Below the pieces are notes generated by a model that had not been told where the DNA came from, ran no database searches, and saw nothing but the letters and a program-made list of their open reading frames with translations. 64,000 nt of DNA from a virus (taxonomy: Duplodnaviria; Caudoviricetes). Where the stretch lies: positions 1 through 64,000 of the IMG/VR virus record IMGVR_UViG_3300050514_000135; one strand, 5' to 3'. Positions 17,835 to 25,917 of the stretch are shown here, piece after piece. How positions within the stretch are numbered: the stretch's first letter is position 1; the number at the start of each line of letters is the position of its first letter. A program made the position numbers and the translations under genes.

Positions 17835-18272
17835 GGTTAGAAGCGTTTTGGATGGGTTAGTCGCGCAGACTTGCGGTGTGAGCTGGGCCAGTACGTCGCA
17901 GAGGAGGGGCTCGATGGGGCATGGGTTGTCGCGTTGGCCAAGTCCGGTACGGTACGTCGCGTTGGCGAAGTCAGTCAGGGCTTGTCGCGTCGGAAAGATC
18001 CGGCGTGAGGTGGGCCGGAGTGTCGCGCGGGTCTGGTACTGGCAGGTAGGTCGCGAAGCGATGGCTGGGTTCGGAATGTCGCGCCGGTGCGCGGATCGTC
18101 GCAAAGGATTGGCGTGATCCGGATTGTCGCCCAGGCTCGTTTCGGGTGCGGTCCGTCGCTTAGGACGGTTGGGATTCAGATAGGTACGTCGTGTTGATCC
18201 GGAACGACCAGGTACGTCGCCGGGGAAGGGTCGGTGTCAGGATTGTCGTTGAGCACTGGATAGGTTCGTCGC
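17835..18272 (-). repeat. pentamer-periodic non-coding array 2 (putative guide-RNA array)
   Basis: 15 GTCGY anchors from 17860 to 18268, spacings 35,33,28,28,38,28,28,20,28,29,33,28,29,23; by hand parse 53/58 pentamers start with G and 38/58 with GG. Confidence 0.87.
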
Positions 18273-18548
18273 TCAGAACACGCGCGCGAACGGGTCGTCG
18301 GACTTCGGGGGCGGGTACTCGCGCTCGACGAGCGGCACGCACCTCGCGCCGCACTCGCCCGCGTCCTCGTCCTCGACGGGGGCCGGCTCGGGCGCGGCCG
18401 CGTCCGGCTGGTCGCAGAGGATGATCATGCGCCGCGGCGGCTCGTACGGCGCGACCTCGTCGATCGAGTAGCACTTGGGGCACGCCTCAGGCGGCTGGCT
18501 CGAGGCGCAGGCGGAGAGGGCCACGGCTGCTAGCAGGCGGTAGTTCAT
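18273..18548 (-). CDS. small lipoprotein
   Basis: LLAAVALSAC lipobox. Confidence 0.6.
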   Translation of the reverse strand: MNYRLLAAVALSACASSQPPEACPKCYSIDEVAPYEPPRRMIILCDQPDAAAPEPAPVEDEDAGECGARCVPLVEREYPPPKSDDPFARVF

Positions 18549-18919
18549 GGATCCCCCTTCGGCGCGTTAGCCGGCTCGGTTGCGTAGCCCATGTACTCGC
18601 GCACGGCGCGGGAGAGGTCCCGTTCGGCTGCCACAAGTAGTCCATGGAGGGGGTCGTAGTCGCGACTCGCGTGAATCTCGCTGAGCTCCGCTCGCGCCGT
18701 TTCAGCGCGGCATGCGAAGTCGAGGATCACGCGCTCCTGTCGGTAGCGCTTCTCGGCCGCGTCGAGCTTGGCGAAGACTTCGTCCGGCAAGAGCTCCACG
18801 CGCGCGTCGCCACCCTCGAAGTAGACGTCCGACGTCTCCCTGCCCGGGACGGCGACGACCGCGACGACCTTGGCGAACCGCACCTCGGCGTCGCCCAGCT
18901 TCACGAATTGGTCTCTCAT
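18545..18919 (-). CDS. hypothetical protein
   Basis: ATG at 18919 overlaps the upstream stop. Confidence 0.6.
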   Translation of the reverse strand: MRDQFVKLGDAEVRFAKVVAVVAVPGRETSDVYFEGGDARVELLPDEVFAKLDAAEKRYRQERVILDFACRAETARAELSEIHASRDYDPLHGLLVAAERDLSRAVREYMGYATEPANAPKGDP

Positions 18920-19155
18920 GTTGTGCTCACTTTCTCCACCGGCACGAACATCTCTGCTCGGACCGCGCCGCCCGTGGCGCGCTCGATCTTGAACGCGAGC
19001 TCCACCGACACGCGCGCGGCGTCCTTCTTCAGGAGCTTGCCGAACTCGCTCGGGTCCTGGCCGATGTCGAGCGCGAAGCGGTGCTTGCTGATCTTCTTGT
19101 CGTCGAGCCAGCACCTGAGCGCGGCGATGCCGGGGACGACTTCCTCGCTGGCCAT
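18916..19155 (-). CDS. Cro/YdaS-like helix-turn-helix regulator
   Basis: ISKHRFALDIGQDPSEFGKLL...AFKIERATGGAV. Confidence 0.75.
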   Translation of the reverse strand: MASEEVVPGIAALRCWLDDKKISKHRFALDIGQDPSEFGKLLKKDAARVSVELAFKIERATGGAVRAEMFVPVEKVSTT

Positions 19156-20045
19156 CAGTAGCACCCGCACTCGAGCTTGGTCGTCGCCGCGTCGGGCGGC
19201 GTGTACGCGCTCTTGCTCCCGCGCGTCTCGCCCAGCCCGTCGACGCACAGGTACGTCACCGTGAGGTCCTTGGGGCAGCCGGGCTTGGGGTCGAAGCCGG
19301 GGTCGACCGCGAACGCGAAGTCGTACGTGCAGTCGGTCTCGCCGTCGCAGGCACCGGCCACGCCGTTGAGCGGTGTCGGCGTCCCGCAGTTGTTCGCGTA
19401 GACGGAGCCCACGACCTGGATCACGGTGCAGGCCGGGCCAGCGTCCACCCCAGCCCCTCCGCCGCCCGCAGGAGCTCCTGCAGCGCCTGCACCAGCCACT
19501 CCGCCGGTGCCAGCACCAGCCGCACCAGCAGCGCCTCCAGAGCCTCCCACAGATGCTTCGCCATACGTTCCTCCTGTCCCAAACAGTTCGTCGTTCTTAC
19601 TCGAGCTGGAGCAGCCCGCGAGGGCGAGCGCGGCCAGCACCTGCAGGATCACGCGCACGCGCTGGCCGAGGCGCAGCGTCGCCTTGGCTCTCTCGTCGTG
19701 CGTGCCGACGGAATGCTCGAAGTTGGTGATGCTCTTGACTCGTCCGTACATCTTGACGCCGTCGCTCTGGCCCAGGCTCGAGACCTCGACCTCGAAGGTC
19801 GTCAGCTCTTTCCACTCGGGCTCGGGCTCGTCGGCTGGTGTGCGGTAGGCGTTCTTGTCTTTGTTCATGGGCAGTCTCCTGAATTCTGCGGCTCGGTCGC
19901 GGATGCGTAGGTGCCTTTCGGCGACAGAATCCTCGTGGTCGGCGCAGGACCAAAATTTCTCGTTCTCGGGTTCGCTGTCGCACCGCCGGCACGTGCAGAC
20001 CATGCACGGTCGGTTCAGGCAACCGCTGTGGTCGCAGTAGCTCAT
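19155..20045 (-). CDS. composite ORF ending in a lipoprotein segment with G/A linker and SUEL/galactose-lectin-like domain
   Basis: LAALALAGCSSS lipobox, GTGG/AGA linker, CDGETDC...DPKPGCPKDLTVTYLC. Confidence 0.6.
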   Translation of the reverse strand: MSYCDHSGCLNRPCMVCTCRRCDSEPENEKFWSCADHEDSVAERHLRIRDRAAEFRRLPMNKDKNAYRTPADEPEPEWKELTTFEVEVSSLGQSDGVKMYGRVKSITNFEHSVGTHDERAKATLRLGQRVRVILQVLAALALAGCSSSSKNDELFGTGGTYGEASVGGSGGAAGAAGAGTGGVAGAGAAGAPAGGGGAGVDAGPACTVIQVVGSVYANNCGTPTPLNGVAGACDGETDCTYDFAFAVDPGFDPKPGCPKDLTVTYLCVDGLGETRGSKSAYTPPDAATTKLECGCY

Positions 20046-20503
20046 TTTTTCCTCCCGAACCTCAGCGCCTCGAACCGGGCGCGCTCGACCGTCGCATCTA
20101 CTTGCACGCCACCCACCGCACCTGGCGGGTTCGGGTAGTCGCGCGCCGAGACGGCGCCCTTGAAGTACCGGCGCATGAACGTCTTCACGTTCGTCATGTA
20201 CAGGCGACGAGCTATCGGCTTGCCGCCGCGCACGACCAGCATGGAACCTCGCGCGGTCGTGAGGCTCAGCTCGAGGTCCTCGTCGGAGAAGTCGCCGTCG
20301 AGCTCGACCACGAGGTCACCGCGGAGGACCAACCCGCGCGTGCGCCGGTTCAGCTCAGCGAGCGTGCGCAGCGGGTCCTCGCGCGTGCCGCGCGCGTCGT
20401 CGACGCCGCGGTTCCAGTCGACGTAGAGACTCTGGCGTCGCAGGCGCGCGAGCGGCCTGTACCAGAGCCAGAAGCGGAGCCAACGAAGGATGGCGAAGAT
20501 CAT
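20042..20503 (-). CDS. hypothetical protein with DUF1565-like motif
   Basis: YVDWNRGVDDARGTREDPLRTLAELNRR, shared with the fibre-like proteins at 46-51.7 kb. Confidence 0.6.
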   Translation of the reverse strand: MIFAILRWLRFWLWYRPLARLRRQSLYVDWNRGVDDARGTREDPLRTLAELNRRTRGLVLRGDLVVELDGDFSDEDLELSLTTARGSMLVVRGGKPIARRLYMTNVKTFMRRYFKGAVSARDYPNPPGAVGGVQVDATVERARFEALRFGRKK

Positions 20504-21174
20504 CAGTACCCCCTCGGCACGTGCACGTAGCCGATCTGCGAGAACACTTCTTGGAAGAGCCTAGCTTCAGGTCCGTGAATGTGGTCCGACGGGTTACGAC
20601 ACACCAGCACGATCACGTTCCCGTGCGTGGGCTGCTCGCCGGGCACGCGCACGCCGTTCTCGTCCTCGGTCTCGAACCGGATGCGCTGCTTCGGGATCGA
20701 CCCGGGGAAGTCGAGCGGCTGCTTGCCAGCGAACGTCTGCGCGCTCTGCAGGATCTCGAGGGAGAAGCCGAGGAACACCGCGCACGCGGTGCGGCCGGCC
20801 TCGAACTCGTGCATGAGCTTGTGCCACCAGAAGACGGCGCTCGACTCGACGCCGCGGTGCTTGTGCCCCGGCGGCAGCCCGCACGCGCCGGTCTCCTTGC
20901 ACCCGCGACGGGTCTTGGTCTTGAAGATAACCTCGCGGCCGGTCTCGTCGACGTACCCGCCGGGCGGGTTCAGGAAGACGTTGCCGTGCCACTCCTGGAA
21001 GAGACCGTTGTCCGCCTTCGTGAAGATCCTCTTCGCGCGGACGGTCCGGTTCGCTTGAATCGACGACGCCGGGTCGAGGTCGATTCCGCCCATCACGTGG
21101 TGGCTCCAGTCCGTGAGCCACTGCGGCGTCATGAACTCGGAGTTCTCCGAGCTGTGGCGGATGTTAGCGGCCAT
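20503..21174 (-). CDS. phage Dam-like DNA N6-adenine methyltransferase
   Basis: EFMTPQWL, IDLDPASS, DNGL..EW.GNVFLNPPGG (NPPY variant), RIRF. Confidence 0.75.
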   Translation of the reverse strand: MAANIRHSSENSEFMTPQWLTDWSHHVMGGIDLDPASSIQANRTVRAKRIFTKADNGLFQEWHGNVFLNPPGGYVDETGREVIFKTKTRRGCKETGACGLPPGHKHRGVESSAVFWWHKLMHEFEAGRTACAVFLGFSLEILQSAQTFAGKQPLDFPGSIPKQRIRFETEDENGVRVPGEQPTHGNVIVLVCRNPSDHIHGPEARLFQEVFSQIGYVHVPRGY

Positions 21175-21412
21175 CTTCCAGTCCTTGCACGCACGCGACG
21201 CAGAGCCGGTGCATGCGGTTGTAGCCGTTGGTGACCGGCATGTACGCGAGTGTTCCCGGCTTGAGCGGGAACTTGCAGAGAGCGCACGACTTCGCTTTGC
21301 GCAGCTTCCCGCGCGTGAAGAGTTGTTGTCCGTGTGAACTAGTGAGGCCCACGAGTCCGGGGTTCATGCGCTTGATGAAGCGGTAGTCGGTCGCGTACGA
21401 GCTAGCGGCCAA
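21164..21412 (-). CDS. small zinc-finger protein
   Basis: CALC...CVAC. Confidence 0.55.
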   Translation of the reverse strand: MAASSYATDYRFIKRMNPGLVGLTSSHGQQLFTRGKLRKAKSCALCKFPLKPGTLAYMPVTNGYNRMHRLCVACVQGLEDGR

Positions 21413-21743
21413 GGTCCTTGCTCTTTCTCCACTGCTCGCCCAGCTCAGACGGCTCGAAGTCCAGCCAATGCACGCTGGCTCGTTCCTTGTCCTTCAACCA
21501 GATCTCCAGCACGGGGTCGTCGGCGATGTACGGGATCCCGAGCAGGCGCTCGCACTGGTTCAGGTCGCGCTTGATGCGCTCGACCTCGTGCTCGTGCGGT
21601 CTGAAGCCGGCTTGTCTGCCCGTGAGCTTGTGGAGCAGCGCCTCGCGGATCGCTGCCACCCAGCGGCGAAGCGCCACGAACTGGGCTCGCTGCTTCTGCT
21701 CCGATGTCGCGAGGTCCTCTAACGCTTTGCTGAGACCGGTCAC
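21402..21743 (-). CDS. hypothetical protein
   Basis: Coupled ORF. Confidence 0.55.
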   Translation of the reverse strand: MTGLSKALEDLATSEQKQRAQFVALRRWVAAIREALLHKLTGRQAGFRPHEHEVERIKRDLNQCERLLGIPYIADDPVLEIWLKDKERASVHWLDFEPSELGEQWRKSKDLGR

Positions 21744-22240
21744 GGCCCCACCCCGGACGTCTGCTGCGTGATCCCGTTCTTCTGCATCTCGAGGATCACC
21801 TCGTCCTGGCCGAGCTCGGTGGCGATCACCTCCGCCAGCGCGAGCATCTGCGCCGCGAACTTCTTCGGCGACGTCTTCATGCCCGGCGTGTTGATGATGA
21901 GCACCTGCGCACCGGGCTCGTCGATCACCTGCTTCTTCGTGCGCTGGTAGATGCCGCGCTGCGAGAGGAAAGTCGCGCCCTGGTCGCCGACCTGTTCCTT
22001 GCGTACGCGCCGAACGATCCTGACGAGCTGGTTCAGCGTCGCTGGCCTCTTCCCCTTCCGCTCGAAGCCCACGATGATGCGCGCGGCGTAGGTGTCGCGC
22101 GTGGTCCAGTGCTCGGGGTTCGACTGGAGCGCGGCGCGGTCGCCGTGCAGCTGCAGCGGCCCGTCGGGGTAGAACGACCCCGAGTTCTTCCTCGAGTTCC
22201 AGTGCAGGGTCCGGTGGTCGCAGTCGTATCGAGTCGTCAT
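21740..22240 (-). CDS. hypothetical protein containing the LQSNP motif
   Basis: ATG at 22240 overlaps the upstream stop. Confidence 0.6.
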   Translation of the reverse strand: MTTRYDCDHRTLHWNSRKNSGSFYPDGPLQLHGDRAALQSNPEHWTTRDTYAARIIVGFERKGKRPATLNQLVRIVRRVRKEQVGDQGATFLSQRGIYQRTKKQVIDEPGAQVLIINTPGMKTSPKKFAAQMLALAEVIATELGQDEVILEMQKNGITQQTSGVGP

Positions 22241-22806
22241 TGTACTTTCCTCTCGAGCGCCTTCAGTCTGCGGCGCCACTTCTTCTCGAAGGTCGCCGCT
22301 CGCTTGAGCCGCGTCAACGCGCGCTTGTGCATCTCGCCCACGTGCGCGAGGCGGTCCTCGAACGCCGCCTGGCGGGCCTCCTCGGGCGCGGGCTCGGGCT
22401 TCGGCGGTCTCACCTCCGCTTTCGTGCGGAGCACGAGCGCGTCGGCCCACGGCACGGCCTGGGTGCAGTAGCGCTGCTCCTCGGTCATGTCCGCGTGCCG
22501 GGCCCCGACGGCGTGCAGCGCCTCGTGGTGCGCGACCTGGCAGGCGACGCGCAGGAGCTCGCCCGGGTCGTACCCGGTCGCGCGCTCGGGCGTCGGGAGG
22601 AACAGGACCCAGTTCTGGGGGTCGATGTGCTTGCCGATCCACGCCCGGCCGTGGACGCGCCCGCCCCTACGTCGGCTGTCGTTCACGTACACGGTGACCT
22701 CGCGGAACTTGAACGGCCGCGCGCCGGCCGCGACCATCGCGGCGTGTGCGATTCTCTTCAGGTCCGCGGTGTGCCAGTCGGTCTTGTTGACGATCTTGAT
22801 CTTCAT
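22237..22806 (-). CDS. HExxH zinc metallopeptidase-like protein
   Basis: VAHHEALHAVG. Confidence 0.55.
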   Translation of the reverse strand: MKIKIVNKTDWHTADLKRIAHAAMVAAGARPFKFREVTVYVNDSRRRGGRVHGRAWIGKHIDPQNWVLFLPTPERATGYDPGELLRVACQVAHHEALHAVGARHADMTEEQRYCTQAVPWADALVLRTKAEVRPPKPEPAPEEARQAAFEDRLAHVGEMHKRALTRLKRAATFEKKWRRRLKALERKVQ

Positions 22807-23193
22807 CTAGAACTCCCTGCTCCACTGGTGCTCACGCCCGTGGCCGAGCACCCACGTGCCGCGGTTGAAATAGCGCCCGTCCTTGCGCCGCGTGAACTTG
22901 CGGAGCTTGCGCCGCGCCTCGTAGCCGTCGGGGTCGGCGAAGAGTCGCGCGACCTCCTTCGCACTCAGCGGAACGAACAGGTTCGGGGCCTTGGTCACGT
23001 CGTGCGTCACCCAGACCTGGTGACCGGTCCTGCTCACTCGCCGGACCGTGACCGGGTAGCTGTCGCCGTTGAAGTAGTAGTGGGCCCCGTCCCCGGGGCG
23101 GAATGGACGCCGGAGACGGCCGGCTTTCGGTGACTGCCTCTTGAGCTCGTCGAGCTCGACGGGCCATCCGGGGGTGTTGCAGATGTTCGGCAT
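22807..23193 (-). CDS. hypothetical protein
   Basis: GAGGA RBS and codon usage. Confidence 0.6.
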   Translation of the reverse strand: MPNICNTPGWPVELDELKRQSPKAGRLRRPFRPGDGAHYYFNGDSYPVTVRRVSRTGHQVWVTHDVTKAPNLFVPLSAKEVARLFADPDGYEARRKLRKFTRRKDGRYFNRGTWVLGHGREHQWSREF

Positions 23194-23288
23194 TGCTTCC
23201 TCACGAGGTGCGGGAATTCTAACTCGAGGTCGTAGACCAGCTCGCGGTTACTTGGCCTCGCGCAGGAGGCCGAGGAGCTTGTGCTCGT

Positions 23289-24101
23289 TCACGGGCTCGC
23301 CTCGTCCTGCACGATCGGTAGGCTCACCTGCTCGCCCTTCGGGATCACCTTGACGATGCGCGCGCCGTCGCCGACCTGCTCGGCCAGCTTCGTCGCGCGC
23401 TCGGGCACGGCCTCCGCGTCGGCGATCACCAGGTCCACGCCCGTGGGCTTGAACGTGGCGAAGATGCCGGGGAGGAACGACGGTTCGTCTAAAGTTTTTG
23501 AGACTTGCGACATGATGCACGGTCCGTCTTCGTTGTCAGGTGCTGGTGTCGACGCGAGATCCAGAACTGGCCGGACCTTGATCGCCTTCCGGTGCGCGAG
23601 GTACACGACCGTCTTCCCGAGCTCGAAGCCCTTCGGTAGCGCGCCGATCTTTCTGGACAGGCCCATGCGCCGCGCCTCGGCGAGGAAGTCCTCGGGCGTC
23701 GGGTAGTGACCCTCGCCGATCCAGATGAGACCGTGCTTGCCCTCGGGGATAGCGCCGCCGAGCGGGCAGCTCTGGCACGTCGGGCTCACAGCTACGCTGA
23801 CCGTGTTCGGTGCCACTGGCAATCGGTGAGTGAAGGATGCGTTGAGCTTGCACTCCTGGAGCGCGTACGAGAGCGGGTGCTCCGCCTCGGGCCCGAACAG
23901 CTTGCTCGGCGTGATCCAGTTCCATCCGCGCGATGGCTTGATGCCTTCGTTGCAGGTCGGGCAGCGCTCCAGCCTGAAGGGCATGCGCCCGCACGGCGCG
24001 TCGAACGCGGGCCCGACCAGGTAGATGCCGACGCCGGACTTCGACGGCTTGCGGTAGCCGCAGCCTCTCTTCTCTTCGTGGGTCGTGATCACTTCGGGCA
24101 T
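23289..24101 (-). CDS. Cys-rich conserved phage hypothetical protein
   Basis: KRGCGYRK..GIYLV, CPTC, IWIGEGHY.TPEDF..EA..MG.SRKI. Confidence 0.65.
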   Translation of the reverse strand: MPEVITTHEEKRGCGYRKPSKSGVGIYLVGPAFDAPCGRMPFRLERCPTCNEGIKPSRGWNWITPSKLFGPEAEHPLSYALQECKLNASFTHRLPVAPNTVSVAVSPTCQSCPLGGAIPEGKHGLIWIGEGHYPTPEDFLAEARRMGLSRKIGALPKGFELGKTVVYLAHRKAIKVRPVLDLASTPAPDNEDGPCIMSQVSKTLDEPSFLPGIFATFKPTGVDLVIADAEAVPERATKLAEQVGDGARIVKVIPKGEQVSLPIVQDEASP

Positions 24102-24454
24102 GGTTGCTCCTCGGTCTCTTTCTTCTTGGGCTTGCAGGCAGCGGCGGCGATCTCGAACAGTTGCGTCTTGATTCGCAGGTCCGCTTCAGACGCTTCCAGT
24201 TGCCGACGTTTTTCGGCTACGTGTTCGTGGGCCGCCTTCATCACTTTGCGAGCCTTCTCGCGCTCGGCGCGGAGGAAGCAAGCGTCGCAGATGTCGTTGC
24301 CGCTCGACCAGTGGTTCGTGCGGCGCGTCGCCTGGCGCTTGTCGCAGGACGCGCACATGCAACAGTTGATCGCCTGGACTTCCTTGCCGTGCGTCTTCTT
24401 GCAGTTCGCGCAGCGCCAGCGCTCGGCCGTGTACTCTTCCTTCGTCGGGGTCAT
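24089..24454 (-). CDS. zinc-finger coiled-coil protein
   Basis: Several CxxC motifs; ATG at 24454. Confidence 0.6.
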   Translation of the reverse strand: MTPTKEEYTAERWRCANCKKTHGKEVQAINCCMCASCDKRQATRRTNHWSSGNDICDACFLRAEREKARKVMKAAHEHVAEKRRQLEASEADLRIKTQLFEIAAAACKPKKKETEEQPCPK

Positions 24455-25917
24455 GACCGCCTCCACTTGTTGAACCCATTCACGAGGTACAGCTCGCGCT
24501 TGCTCCTTGTAATCGCGACGTACTTGAGGTTGATCTCCTCGACGCCGTCGCGCTTCATGTACGTGTCCTCGAGCATCCACACGCGGTCGGCCTCGAGTCC
24601 CTTCGCCTTGTGCGTGCTCGTCAGGATGATCTTCGGCTCGCCCTTGCGGTCCGAGAAGAGCTTGTCGATCTTGCCGAGCAGGTCGCGGATCGTTCTCACG
24701 CCCTCGCTCAGCGCGAGCAGGCACTCGGCCTGGTCGTCGACGTTGTCCGTCGGGCGCGGAGGTTTCTTGCTCGTGAGCCGGCGGCACTCGTGCGCGTGCC
24801 ACTTGTCCACGTACGCGCGGAACTCCTCGACGGTCTTGCAGTCGCTCTTCTCTACGAAGCTCGCGAGCTTCGTGCCGATGTCCCGGCCCTGGATGTGGGC
24901 GGGCCGGCCCGCGGAGAGCAGGCGCCAGCACAGGCTCACGAGCGGCGCGTTCACGCGGCTGATCACGAAGTCGCCCGAGCGGAGCTCGTCCCACATCTCC
25001 TCGGGCTCGCGGTCCTCGACGACGCCGTCCTGTGCACCCGGCGCGGCTTCGATCTGGGGGACGAGCGTCTTCGCGAGCTCGACCACGAGCCGCGGGCAGC
25101 GGTAGCTGATCGAAAGCGGCAGGACCTTCGCGTTGAACCTCTCGATGATGTTGTCGATCGCCCGCGCGTCCGCGCCGCGGAAGGCGTAGATGCTCTGCCG
25201 GCGATCACCGATGGCCGTGATGCGCCCGCCCGGCTTGATCGCGCGCTCCATGACCGCGAGCTGGCAGGGGTTCAGGTCCTGAGTCTCGTCGACCACGACG
25301 CGGTCGAAGCGCGGCAGCGGCAGGTCGAGCGCGACCGGCAACCAGATCATGTCGTCGAAGTCGACCTCGCCCTTCACCTCCTTGGCGAGCTGGAGAAGTT
25401 TCGCCGCCTGCTCGCAGAAGTGCTGGCGCTCGAGTTGTTTCGTGTCCTCCTCCTTGGTCTTGTACGGCACCGCGATGCCGTAGGTGTCGAGCAGGAGGTC
25501 GACGTCCGTCTCGGTCCACGCGAGCGTGCCCTTGGCCAGGCTCACGGCCTTGCAGAGCGCGCCCGCCCACTCGCCCGAGACCTCGAGCCCGCGCGATTCG
25601 AAGTAGGCGTCGAGCACGTGGTACATGCGGTCGCGGTCGACCTTCACGCGCCCGAGCGCGCGCGTCGTCGCGCCGAACGCGAAGCTGTGGAACGTGCTGG
25701 TGCGGGTGCCGGGGGGCACGCGGCCGAGCAGGGCGTCGGCGATCTCCTTGTTGAACGCGCCCATCCACACGGACAGCCCGCTCGGGATGTGGCGCAGCAT
25801 CTCGGTGCCCGTGGTCGTCTTCCCGCTCCCGGGTACGGCCTCGACCACGGTGTGGCCCTCGCCGCTCCGGGCGTCGTCGAAGACGGCCTGCTGGTAGGCG
25901 CTCCAGACTCGGGTCAC
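24451..25917 (-). CDS. UvrD/Rep-type SF1 helicase
   Basis: AVPGSGKT, VVVDETQD, GDRRQSIYAFRGA, SYRC, THKAKGLEAD, YVAITRSK. Confidence 0.92.
   Translation of the reverse strand: MTRVWSAYQQAVFDDARSGEGHTVVEAVPGSGKTTTGTEMLRHIPSGLSVWMGAFNKEIADALLGRVPPGTRTSTFHSFAFGATTRALGRVKVDRDRMYHVLDAYFESRGLEVSGEWAGALCKAVSLAKGTLAWTETDVDLLLDTYGIAVPYKTKEEDTKQLERQHFCEQAAKLLQLAKEVKGEVDFDDMIWLPVALDLPLPRFDRVVVDETQDLNPCQLAVMERAIKPGGRITAIGDRRQSIYAFRGADARAIDNIIERFNAKVLPLSISYRCPRLVVELAKTLVPQIEAAPGAQDGVVEDREPEEMWDELRSGDFVISRVNAPLVSLCWRLLSAGRPAHIQGRDIGTKLASFVEKSDCKTVEEFRAYVDKWHAHECRRLTSKKPPRPTDNVDDQAECLLALSEGVRTIRDLLGKIDKLFSDRKGEPKIILTSTHKAKGLEADRVWMLEDTYMKRDGVEEINLKYVAITRSKRELYLVNGFNKWRRS

Noticed and set aside
17814-18104. 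97-aa N-terminal extension of the RAMP ORF, and ORFs spanning the arrays (16760-17155, 17005-17334, 17767-18117, the extensions of 15745 and 16305)
   Set aside because: These are read-through of the periodic non-coding arrays. The 5-nt period is incompatible with codon structure, and better RBS-ATG starts exist at 17813, 16694 and 16302.
16708-18272. Canonical CRISPR array or a type I/III/IV cas locus
   Set aside because: The only invariant repeat is a 5-nt anchor, the intervening segments are themselves periodic, and no other cas genes are adjacent.
16708-18272. Simple microsatellite or G-quadruplex tract as the whole explanation
   Set aside because: The variable positions are highly diverse, module lengths are quantised by anchors, and the tracts occur only on either side of the RAMP gene. 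A two-tier G4 on the + strand cannot be fully excluded.
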